Positions 52,206 to 64,000 of a stretch of DNA of 64,000 nucleotides are shown here, in pieces. Source of the stretch: Octopus sinensis (Eukaryota); NCBI RefSeq assembly GCF_006345805.1, contig NC_042998.1, forward strand, positions 168,702,001 through 168,766,000, in the 5' to 3' direction. The translations under genes were made by a program, and so were the position numbers. The first letter of the stretch is position 1. Each line of letters begins with the position of its first letter. The notes under the pieces are model-generated. The model was not told the DNA's origin. It saw nothing but the letters and a program-made list of their open reading frames with translations, and did no database searches.

Positions 52206-53194
52206 CGAACTTTGAAAAGAATAAGAAAGAGAACGCAAAATGTGATCATGCTCGATAATGTGAGTCAACCGCCATTATTAATGCTTGTATGTATATATAG
52301 TTACCAACCTGGAAGGTGCGCGATAGCGTGGGTAGGCTTATATATTATATTTGCGTATGTATGTGTGTATGTGTTGTAATAAACCATGCATTATCAAACA
52401 ACTTGCATGTTAATATATGGGTGTATATATATTTGGGTGCAAGTATGTATGTATTTATGTACAGTTCAACGTTCCCTAGATTAGATGCACACAAATTCGT
52501 TGACTATTGTACATGCTTCAGTTTCCTGCTGGTTTTTTATATTTCGATCTCATTCTCTCTCTTTTTCTATTTTGTCTATCTTTCCCATCTTCGCTAGTTT
52601 ACTCTACCTTTCATCCCGGTTCTACCTTTCACCTCCCTCATTGCTAATACTTTCATGTTGATGTATAATAATACTTGTTTATGTATAATGTTACCTTAGT
52701 GTGTATGTTTGTGAGTGTGCATGTATGTGTAGTGTTTGTATAGAAAATAGCTATTCTTTTGCACATATATATTGAATTGTTTTCATATTTTTACATGAGC
52801 TGCAGTTTGTCTGGAACAGTGAGCTTGCTAAACAAAACCGGAATCATTTCTAGATCACTATAATTCTATTTTCAGAATTAAATCATACATACGAAGGTCG
52901 ATGACTCTGTAGTAGAAAAATCCCATGTGATACTTGGACACATTTAAATGTTCTAGATATTCGTAGATATTGAAATGGTAGATGTCACATTTATGTCATC
53001 GTCACAGAGTGATTTATTTTCGCCTGTGAGAAGTCTATGTTTATACTGCCTCTGTGTCTTTTTTCTTTTACATTTTCGCAGTGTGACATGTTCATTGTAT
53101 TGTTCCAGCATGAATCATATATTTTTGTGGAATTGAAAATTATATTATTTACGTTATTTACATTTGACAGATACTTGTCATCTTGTTTGTTGTT

Positions 53195-53240
53195 AACACA
53201 ACGTTTCTACTGATATACCCTCCAGCCTTCATCATGTGTC
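53195..53240 (-). ncRNA. Degenerate minimal (Penelope-type) type I hammerhead ribozyme
   Basis: Minus strand: GACAC-ATGATGA-A-GGCTG(GAGGGTATAT)CAGTA-GAA-ACGT-T-GTGTT. Stem I is GACAC/GTGTT, helix III is the palindrome ACGT, and the cleavage site is GUU. C3 is replaced by A and the 10.1-11.1 pair is broken. Confidence 0.65.
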
Positions 53241-54686
53241 TTGGGAAAATTTCGAACCTGGGTTCTCATTCCTAAGGTATTTTTCGATAGTAACAACAAG
53301 TGCATTAAAATCAGAACTTACTATTTTGAAGAAGATTAATTTTTTGCGCTTCTTTGAAATTAAGAAATGTCTCTACTGAAAAACTTCTGGAATGTGCCCT
53401 ATATAAAGCGAAAATTCAATTGCAGTTTTTTAAAAGGTATATTTATATAAATTACAAGATGTTCACAAGTTATTGATTTTCAATAGTAAATGTTGGAGGT
53501 ATTTCCCTTTATATTGTAGCACACATTAGAAATAAGATGGACATTTGTAGTAAATCATTAGTGATTACTTTAAACACATTAGCTTTTAAATACTTTAATT
53601 GTAACTATATGTCTTGTAGCTGTTGCGGGATGTATATTTTAGACACACGACTTTTAAGAGTTGATTGGCAACTAAGTATCTTATAACTGATTAAAGTTGT
53701 TACTCAATGTAACTTATGTTATTTTGTCACATATATTTGGGTAATAGTTTATACATTTCATAAATATATTTATTTATATTTGGCCTATGATTGAGACTCA
53801 TTATCAGAAAACTTGGCATTTTGGGAATTTGTTGTTTGCACGTACATCCAAATGCTCACTTTCTAATATTTGTCTGATATTAGGACCTCCTACTTGTTGA
53901 CGATACACTGTCATTCTATTTAATATGAGTGCTTCCATTTTTCGTTTATAATCTTCATTATATCTATTATATTTAATGACATAGATTAAATTTCTAGAGG
54001 GACAGATGAAGTGATTTTCTTACAGTAACAGACCTAATTAAAACTCATAGGATATAATTTCAATAAGGCTAATGCAGAATCTGCAGTTTGGACGACCACG
54101 CAACTTGTACATTCCTTGCAGCAGCCTTGCAATATCGAAAAATATTTGAGTCTCAATAAAGACCTTAAAATTGCTGGCCAATATTCATTTCAAGAGATCG
54201 ACATAAAGTTGGTTACCATCTCACTTACATTCACGGGGCAAAAAGAAATTCGAAAAGACGACAAAATACGCAATAAATGATATATCCTATACTAGTTAAC
54301 ACTAAAGATGAATTGTCTAGGGACAGAAACACGAAAACCTGAATAATCGCGTGCTGTCTGCTACAATTATAGCTTTACATTAAATATTTATTCTACTTAA
54401 GGCACTCAGTTCTCCGAAAAAGCCAAAATTATGTATACAATCATATACACCCACACAACCCATCCCTACTTACACCTACACACTACACATGCACGCATAT
54501 ACAACCCACATTTATACATATATAAATATATGTGTGGTGCGGGGTGAATGTATTATAACATAAGTACACACAAGAATACAAAATAATAAAAGTAGATTAA
54601 AATAGATTTTATTGGGAGGTGAAAACTTAACAAATCATTCCTACGATTTCCATGTTTCCGACATTCAGAGGAGAATGAAATATTTA

Positions 54687-54815
54687 TGCATGTATGTATG
54701 TATGTATGTATGTATGTATGTATGTATGTATGTATGTATGTATGTATGTATGTATGTATGTATGTATGTATGTATGTATTATGTATGTATGTATGCATGT
54801 ATGTATGTATGTTTG
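54687..54815. repeat. (TATG)n microsatellite
   Basis: Directly visible. Confidence 0.95.
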
Positions 54816-56417
54816 TATGTCATTATTCAGTTTATTTCAAGATTTCTCGCCAATAGAGAAAGAACCAGTTTCTAACCTAGATCCAAGTCTCCTTCTTTGG
54901 AATTTCAACATCAACAACAGAGTATTTTTGAATGTATGTATGTATGTATGTATGTATGTATGTGCAGATTTGTATGTTTTATATATGTATTCTCATGCAT
55001 ATAGTTGCATATCTAGACATGCTCATATATATTTAAATGACAAACTTCTGGAAAGTTTTACAGATTTTTGCAGTATGCATGTTAGTAGGCATATGTAGAG
55101 AGATTTAGTTTCCCTACTTCACTAACTGGTATATCAATAACCTGGACAATAATAAGATTAGCTATAGATTGAAATGGTCGATGCAATGACACCCTCCTTA
55201 CTATCGCGTAGGTAGACGTCCATGCAAGTTATGTACCAGACAGTGGTGGGAGATTATAAGAATAGACATAGTGAATTAGGGACTTGCAGCTCACTGAATT
55301 AGCAGAAGTTACGAACATTTTCAGACTGGGAAGTACCTGAACAGCGAGGAGGTACGATAGTACACTGTTAGTATTACAAGTGACACAGGAATAATAGCCA
55401 CGTTATTTTCATCGTTTTCGTAAACTTAGTATGGTTTAGTAAAATCCTCTTCATGAACACCCCTCTTTGTCAACGCCCGCACGAAACCCTTTCTCATTCT
55501 ATTCACCTATGTATATACCCTGACTGTGCTTGTATCAGCAACATTTTTACTGAGCACTAGATTGTAACCATACTAGGAACAGCGAAATGCGTTACAATGG
55601 ATAATTTTATGTATCCACCAGCCCGAATATTCTGTGATCAAGGATGTACAGCGCCCGTAATGATAACATGGATTACATATAATATACTTTTCTGCGGAAT
55701 GCAATGTGCATCTCCAACGACTACACAATGAGTAGGCCTATAAACTTACTGAACTCAATGGACTTGCAAAAAAACACTTGAAAATTCTATGGTTATTTAT
55801 GTGAATACAAACGAATTTATACGCTTGTATGTGACACTGAGTACGCGCGCTGGTAGTGTAGGAGAATAATAGTCACTTCAGAAGTTTCAATGATGTACGG
55901 TTTGATTGTAAGGAGGGAATTTAGAGATTAGTGCATGTATCGCTATGCGTATAAGTGCAGCGATGAACATGTGTGTAAGTGTGTGCCTTTGTGGATGTTT
56001 GGGTCTGGCATTGTATGTGCAGGGATAAGTGGATATTTGTGTGCATTTGATGGTGAATGCGCACGACGGAAGAGATCTGGTGGTGGTGGACGACACACTA
56101 CATGTCGCTAAATATAGAACACGGAGATTCTTATGCACACCAACTCTGTTTGCCCGCGAGAACATTATTTAAACTGATATTATAAATCTGTCAAATCAAA
56201 GGAAGTGACCACCAACACCTCTCATCTCTGATGTATGACAGCGGTTGTTGGTACAGTAGCTGGTATTATTGTTATGGTTATTGCCGTTATTGTTGTCGTT
56301 GTGCTTGGTATTACTATTGTGGTAGATATTATTGTTGTTGCTTACCTCGACATTGAGTCTACATTGTTTCGGTGTTATATATTGTCTTTCTCTACACTTT
56401 ATTGTGTGTTTATATAT

Positions 56418-56448
<31 letters not shown>

Positions 56449-58386
56449 CGTGTATGTGTATGTGTAATCCGTGAGTGCGCACGCGAGTGTTAACGGTTGT
56501 GAGTGCGTGCGAGTAAGACATCCACAACCCTCCTCGTATCGAATAACTGCATGTTGGCAGTTACAGCTATAATGACGTATCGTTTCTGTCTTCTGTTTCT
56601 CCATCCAGTTACTTTTCACTCTGGCATTCTGTGTTCCGCCACTCTATTGATGCTGTAGTTCATTTGCAAAACGCTAGTTTGTATGTTGAACAAATAAGTA
56701 AACGCCATATTTAGTATATTTTACCAAAAACACAAGTGATGTAATTCGATAAGATTGTTTAATTTCTTCAAACGATTGTGTAATCTTATGAGTTGCTTTC
56801 CTGAAACACGTGTCTGTTTTGTAAAGCTTATTTCTCATTAATGCTATTACGTGAATATGATTGAGCGTCTGTTCTGGAGTTAAATAACTGCTGCTTGCTT
56901 TATCTACCCCAATGTTTTAATTCGAACTAAGAGCAGGTCTAACCGTGAAATACATTTTCTAAACCACCCAAGTTCCGTGACCTTGTACCTAAATGTCTTT
57001 TCACATATTTCGCAGTAGTCTCATTTTTTGTCATCGCAGGCAAGTACTAATGGCAAGACAACGAAGTTTGAAATAAAGCAGACGTGGTTTTATGTATTTC
57101 AGCATGAGAAACTTAGTTAATTTCAAGAAATTATTACACCTATATCCAATAGAACACTGAATGAGTCATACTAATTGCTATACTTTACAGTTTATGAGGA
57201 ACCCCAAGACAATTAGTTGCACACAAGCGCAACAGCGTGATATCAAATCTTGTAGTTTGTCTTAATTTTATCAGTTCACTCAATTTATTTCAATTTTCTC
57301 ATTTCTTCCGTTGATTGTATAAATGTTTTCAAATATCCTTGTTGTCAGCTCGTTCTTTCTATTCAATAGTCTATTATCGGGTGTGCTGCAATCACAGCAA
57401 ATTAATCAATTTAGTTCTGTTATCGCAATTCTAATGTTTACATGTTTATAAGTTTATTTATATTTTTCTCACAATTATGTCTTTTTCCTCTAACATTATA
57501 TTCACAGCTTCTTGCATTTATATTTAATTTATTTCAATTATTCGCCGTCATTGATTTTAATTCAATTCATAGTGCAAGCCGTTTACATAAGAGCTACGTA
57601 CCCACTATGGAGATTTAGTTTTTACATGCTACTGCCTTATCCTACAATCAATTAGCTATTAACTTCAGACTATACCAATTTTCTTATTTTCTTATTTTAT
57701 GCAAATTTTACAGAGCCTCCGAATGGCGTCCTCTTCAATAATTTTACCAACAGAAATATTTGTAAAAGCTTTAAATTTACATATATTTTCTTTTTACTTT
57801 TTTGCCTTATTTCTTTCAGTTATTTAAATATGTTTATGGGATTTTCTTTAATTGTTTTAACCTGCCTTGCATTAGAAATATCAGGATATCTAAAGTAAAG
57901 CAGGATCTATTTAATATTTTCGAATCCTATCATTTGCAATGTTTAGCCAATAGGCAATTGCACCATAACATTATTGACACTAAGTAGTAACATTCAGCTT
58001 GATATCTAAGCCATTGTACTTCTTGTCATTTAATTTTCCATTCGACTCAATTCCCTGAATTGCTTCCTTCTCTTAGTAGATGTATTTATCATTTACTAGA
58101 AGGGAAGTGACCGAATAGATTACACATTGTGCAGCCAACTAATGGCATGTGATTATATATCGCTTGCAGGGTATTTTGCTTTCTTTTCTGAGCAGTAATT
58201 TTAATATAGCGTGTCTCGGACTATGCCGTATTAAATATAGAAAATAGGTCTCATATGTTCTAATAGTGTCCATAGAAATTTTATCATTTATCTGCTTAAT
58301 TCCATTGATTTTACAACTACGAAACACAGTTATGAATCTGTATGATTTTTGGAAATTTCTTGAAAATTTCTGTTATATTAGTCATT

Positions 58387-58500
58387 ATCGTCGTTGTTTA
58401 GCACAAGGTCATCGTCGTTGTTTAGCACAAGGTCAGCCCTGATTGAACATATATACGACCGAAGGCGTTTAAGCCGCGACCATTCGCCGTTTCTTCGTAT
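58387..58500 (+). repeat. Short interspersed repeat beginning with a perfect 24-bp tandem duplication
   Basis: ATCGTCGTTGTTTAGCACAAGGTC at 58387 and 58411. A loosely similar segment lies at ~63425-63505. Confidence 0.55.
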
Positions 58501-59129
58501 ATCATATACTGCACCGTTCAATGTAGCTCTTTTTTTATTTAAAAAGACCGGATGTGATCAGATGGAGATTTTAGCTGCTATTTGTAGATCAAGTGGCCTT
58601 CTTAATATTTGTTGACACATGCAATGTTGGTTTCTCTTTTAGATACAAAGCAATTATTCTTTGTATATTCGAATGAAACAATCCTCATTTATTAGCGCTC
58701 TATAATTCATTGACTACAAATCGATAAAAAGCACGGTTAACACTGACAGTATGTGAACTCTGAACGAAATGTATCAACGTAATTAATCCGGCATTTTATC
58801 TTTACTACCAACTCATTATTGTAAAATTACTGTAATGTATATTCCTTTCTTAGGTTTTCTGTCAGTTGATTGTTTCAATTACTATATTTTCTCTTTTCAG
58901 AACTATCAACAGAAGGGCGATCATCTTTGTTGACTTCTAAAAGGGGCCAGTGGTACCCAACTCCACTTCACTCAAACAATATTCCTTGAAGCTAATAAAA
59001 GATTCCAATATTTTACTGTTATGAGACTAATATCAATACTGAAACAGTTCGCCCTCTTGTAACTACAATTATATATAAAACGAATTTTAGTTTTATGTTT
59101 TACGTTGGTCATTTTTCTATTGGTTCGAG

Positions 59130-60270
59130 CTGCCGATGGTAGCTGTGCCTATAGCCATTGCTGATCTTCTTGGAGTGTTGCATGTTGATAGCTGAAGAAA
59201 ACAAATATGGTCAGGGAGTGAATTCCAGAGGGATAGCCGATGTTTAGAAGAAAATGGACAAAATGTAGTGGTTAGTGCCAGACATGAAGAGTGAGTCGAG
59301 AGGAGCTGAGTGAAGTTGTCAACAGAAAAGCTAGCTCTAAGAAAAAGAGGCTACTTTGTAGTGAAATAAAATACTAGAAAGGCGAGACAGTACATCTGTG
59401 GAGCAGAAGTTTGTTAATGACTTCATGATAATCAGCCGTGGTATTTTTGGAGTGCAGTCTAGGATTTCTGAAAATTTACCACATAATTTTTCTAGATGCT
59501 AGTATCACCTGAGTTTAGTAGAGGATTAATAGTTGGTTGGGACATAAATATTATTTGGTTTCACGTACGAAAAACAGTCACTGTGTGCAGGTTCTACAAA
59601 GGTAAAGATATACGTTTACGGGAAAACAACATCAATACAACTAAGGTATAATATTTGTAGCCCCTTTAGAGACCCTGACTGTTCATTTTTAGATGGGGGA
59701 TTATATTGTTTTTCTTTTATACTATTGAAAGAGCCTGGTTGACATCATTAGAAGTTGTTTTAAAGTAAGACGGTCTCGGCTGAATGTGAATGTGTCATGG
59801 GTGGAATAACACGCGTTATTATCTGCACGAAAGTGAGCGGCACTAGAGAAGACTACGGCTAGTAGATGGTTGAGTCACAGGAGGTAAACTGTGGGAAATA
59901 AATCCTGCTCTCGCGGTACAATAGAGTTGTTAGGGTAGGGGTCAAAAACAGCTTCAGCAGGACCGGGTGGGATACCGTGATCTGAGAGATAACCACTGAT
60001 TCAATTGACAAGATCCAGAGATGAGCCGATAGGAGAACAGTTTGATTAGAATTTCACATGTCAGAGACAGCCGAATGCTTTATTAATGTCAAATACAATA
60101 GCACTGTTTTTTATTAGATTGCTTGAGAATGTCGGTTGACTGGTAAGCGACATCTTTGTAAAACACTCAGAAGGTTGTATTAGTGTTTTTTCAATGTTCT
60201 ACTTTACAATAGGACTATCCATAGACTTTAGCCAACACTGTGTGTGCATAGATAAGCAGACATCGTTTAC
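59130..60270 (-). mobile_element. Decayed CR1/Jockey-group LINE RT and 3' end
   Basis: Minus strand IVFDINKAFGCL*H...LIKLFSY (cf. LDISKAFDRVWH..LL.KL.SYG) and TSAIPLWNSLPD (cf. RTSRLWNSLP). Frameshifted. Confidence 0.65.
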
Positions 60271-60384
60271 GCATATACAATGAAATTCCTATAAGATATT
60301 CTACACAAAGACAAGCGTTAGCATCTGTTTAAGTAGATTGTTGGCAAAAATCTATAAATTTATTCCTTATTATATTAAAATTGC

Positions 60385-60416
<32 letters not shown>

Positions 60417-62029
60417 ACACTATGCTATACTAAAGTTGTATATATGTACATGTGTGTAAGAGCGTGTGCATGACTTTGTGTATACTGTTGATTTAAACAT
60501 TTAAAAGTTGCATCACCATTTAGAGGAAATAGGCTGTTCAATATCGGAGAATTTACTTCCATAAAATTAACCAAGAGAAAAGGAGTTTTGCACATTTCAT
60601 AAAATTTAATTATATAAATATGTTGTTAAAATTATGTTTCCACACATAGTATATTTTCGAATAATTTGAACACCGCCGTCGTTTTGTAGCTTATCAATAT
60701 TTAAGTTAAAAAATTAAGCATTATTTCTGAATCCACAAAAATTGCATTGTAACTATTTTTTAAGGTTTCACTGGTAATCAGTAAAACTATGTAAACGAAA
60801 CAATATTACTGATATCATTTCGCTTTATCTCTCTCGTATACTTTCTTCTTCACTTGCTTCTTTTTTCTTTTTCAAATTGTTATAGTGAGTAAAACCTTTC
60901 AAAGTGTAGTGAAACTCTTAATGTTGGTGTTGTGTTACACAGCGACATCTGTGGTTGCTTGACAGACAAATTGTACAATGTTTATTGCAATATTAACGCC
61001 CATCATAAAATATATCGCATTTCTAAATACGTTTTTATGATGTCTCTAACCTAATGTGTTTTTAATGCAGTTTTATCGCTGTGACGCTGGTGTCAGACAG
61101 ATGTAAGCACACATTTGCGATAACTTACAAATATATACATAGTTACACACTCGGAGCCAAACAAAAGCTGATACATACATACATAAGAAAACACAAATCC
61201 ACAGATATGTATAGAAGAAATACATATATACAAGTTCATACATCCACACAACAGCAGCAACAACAACAGCAACGCACACACACATGCACACAAAGCTATA
61301 TAGATCAAGTCGAAATCTGTAAGAGAAATTAATTTAAAGAATAACATTCAATATTGACTACATAAATATAACTTTCAACTATGAGCAAACTAGTTTGCGC
61401 CTGCCTCATAGAAATAACTGCGAAAAAAACCCTGAAATGCTAATTTATCGCCTTAGAAAGATGACATGTTTCATAATTTTGTTCTGGCTTCACTATGCGA
61501 AAGAAAGAAGTTGTATAGTTACGGCTAAAGACATGGGCTCTGAAACTTTAAGGCCATTGATGATCTGGGGTTAAACAACAAAAACAAAAATGTGTGTATA
61601 AATATCAGCCAAGAAATATTTGTTCAGATTTAAGCAGGTGGTAGATAAATCTTACTCGTTGAAGCATCAAGCTTGTCAGATATATTGCTAGTTATTTTTC
61701 AGCGAGAAAAACAGATTAGAGCAACTCGCCAATCTATAATACTATCTTATCAAGAACGTTTGAGTGAACAAATATTGATAATTATTACCTTCTTTAATAG
61801 AAAATAGATTAATTAATGGGGAAATTTTGTATAGTTTTCGGTAGGGGAAGAAAAGAATGCGTAGACTAATTCTTTCTAGTTTAGCTTCGCGGCTGTAAAA
61901 TTTGGGGGAGGTACGGCTGATTAAATCCACACAAGTATTTGGAGGATATTTTTAACGACCTTGAAATTACGAAAGACATATGAAAGCACGACATTGTATA
62001 CTAGTTTCTAACATCGATATAATGAGTCA

Positions 62030-62190
62030 AATTGGCAGGGAAGATTAGTCAATAAAATTTCCCGAAATAATTGAATAATACATAATTTATCGACTCCGAA
62101 TGGATGAAAACAAAGTCCACTGCAGCGTGATTTGAGCTCATTATGTAAAGGAATGTAACTAAATACCGGAAGGTATTTTTATTTGCTTAT
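62030..62190 (-). mobile_element. SINE family 1, decayed
   Basis: TTTATCGACTCCGAATGGATGAAAACAAAGTCCACTGCAGCGTGATTTGAGCTCA. Confidence 0.6.
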
Positions 62191-64000
62191 GTACTGATAC
62201 TTCTAGCTCCTGTAACCTACATTATATAGATTATTAACGACATCTTTTGGGTAGTAACAGTAACTAAGTCAAAAACAATTCGTCAACAATAGGTTTTATG
62301 TAGAGAGAAAGCATTGATCATCATTAGCAGATATTATATAAAGACGAACATCTTAAACGTACGATAATGGTAGGTTTTAGAAATACACTTCCCATTACAG
62401 AGGAAATAAGGCAACTACACTAAAGGAACAATAGAAAATAAATGGAATATTAGAAAACCGTTCAAGGAGATACAGCTTTCTTGTTTACAAAGAATTAAAT
62501 AATTTTGAATAGCGTGCTGCAAATACAATACATCGAGCGTAAACGACAAAGTGTGATTGGATTTCTAAAAAAAAATATCCGCTAAATAATGGACTACATT
62601 GTTTCTCAATAATTTATTCACATGAACCTATAAATTCTATAACTTCTATGATATGGCATCACTTTTGAGAGTATTATTGAATACTTTTCGAGTATTTTAG
62701 CTCTTAAGGTCCTTCAGGCAACAGACGCTTCTGATAGCATCTTGATATTTTGGCGAGATGACGAAAAGCAATGAAATTCTGTCTTTATTTCACAAAACCT
62801 AACTGCAAATTAAGAAAGGCTTAACAAAAGATGTCCATAGATCCACTCTTTCATAATGAACAGCGACATATCAGAGGAAGACTGTAGTATCAATTAAATA
62901 TGATACATCAATCTTATTTTTAACATATTTTACTGGATTCTTGTCTTTAGGAAAAGGTAGATTCTTCTAAGAAAAGATACATTGAATGTTTCGTTGTTGT
63001 TGTCGTCGTCGTTGTTGTTGTTGTATAATTATTTTTCTTTTTGTGAGAGACAGATAGCAAAGAGTAATTAATTCCTTGTATGGGTTTTGATGTCAGATTT
63101 CGATAACAATGAAGAGCTTATGAACTTAAAATCCAAAATACGAGCGAAGGAAAGAGTATTGTAGAGCAAAGGTGAAAGATATGTTTCTAATCGGGCTTAC
63201 AATAGTTTAAATAAATAGTTGAATTTAAGTGCATGCTGGAAGATAATATATCTCCTTTTGGGATTTGATAATTTAAGGAAATGATTAATTTAATGCAGCT
63301 TACGTTATGCTAATATTCAAGCATGTGCTCGAATAGCTCAGTATAACTGATATATTCCTGAAACTATTGTAAAAACTGAAGTTGAAACTGTATTTGAACA
63401 TAAATATTATCATACATTTTCTTGTTCTCGTTTAGTCTTAAGCCAGTTCCTGTCAAGACGACTTTTGATCAGAGGCATTCAAACTACAACACACTCTCTC
63501 TTTTTCAAACGGTATATATAAGCCAGTGGATTCCCCATGCTTTTAAGACACACGTGAGTGATTTGAAAGAAAGTTGGTTGCTATTTCTGCGAAGAGGACC
63601 TTCAAAGATGACGAGTTTCTTGGTATAGATAGTAAGTTACAAGCAAACCAATCCGGCCAACCGGGCTTGATTAAATGTTATAGCTGCTTCACTTACTTTT
63701 CTTCTTACAATCCCAGAAGCGGTATGAACGCTACAAATCGTACTTGCATAACTAGGGGATCAGCTGGAATTGATTTCAAGAATACGGAGAAAAATGTTGT
63801 GAATGGAAATAGAAAGAAATCTTCGATACTGATCGTTTGTTTTCTGCCCACGATGTGCATTTAAATAGGAGTTATTTTGCCTTTCATGATAGTAATTCTC
63901 ACCAAATACACTAACCATGTGTCTCAATTTATTTTGAAATTGATAAGGAATTCAGAAGGGATTTAGTAAAATAACAAATTATTCTATTAGATTTATACGC

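Noticed and set aside
60941-60954. AGCGACATCTGTGG resembling a CTCF-type motif
   Set aside because: A single imperfect match with no supporting data.

Overview
AT-rich, microsatellite-laden eukaryotic genomic DNA. The SINE, MITE and LINE content suggests an octopod cephalopod; this is an inference, not checked by search. The only host coding sequence I can support is the terminal coding exon of a RASD1/Rhes-family small GTPase on the minus strand (16181-16728, CaaX end CLIQ). Its first coding exon (G1-G3) is not in the ORF track, so the rest of the window (>=47 kb) is probably one large intron. That region holds R4/Dong-clade LINE pieces stacked in (TAA)n arrays, two decayed mariners (one with both TIRs), CR1/Jockey-like and CRE-like RT remnants, a DINE-1/HINE-like element, MITEs and several tRNA-SINE families. 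The most notable unexplained signal is a set of Penelope-type hammerhead ribozyme folds. The best (28327-28400, +) has all three stems and lacks only core A9. It sits inside a perfect 24-bp inverted repeat that would sequester its own cleavage site. A second is at 53195-53240 (-) and a weaker third at about 39950-40043 (+). There is also a candidate frameshifting cassette exon in the RASD intron. All folds, alignments and family assignments were made by eye; nothing was computed or searched. No CRISPR, rRNA or true tRNA genes were seen.
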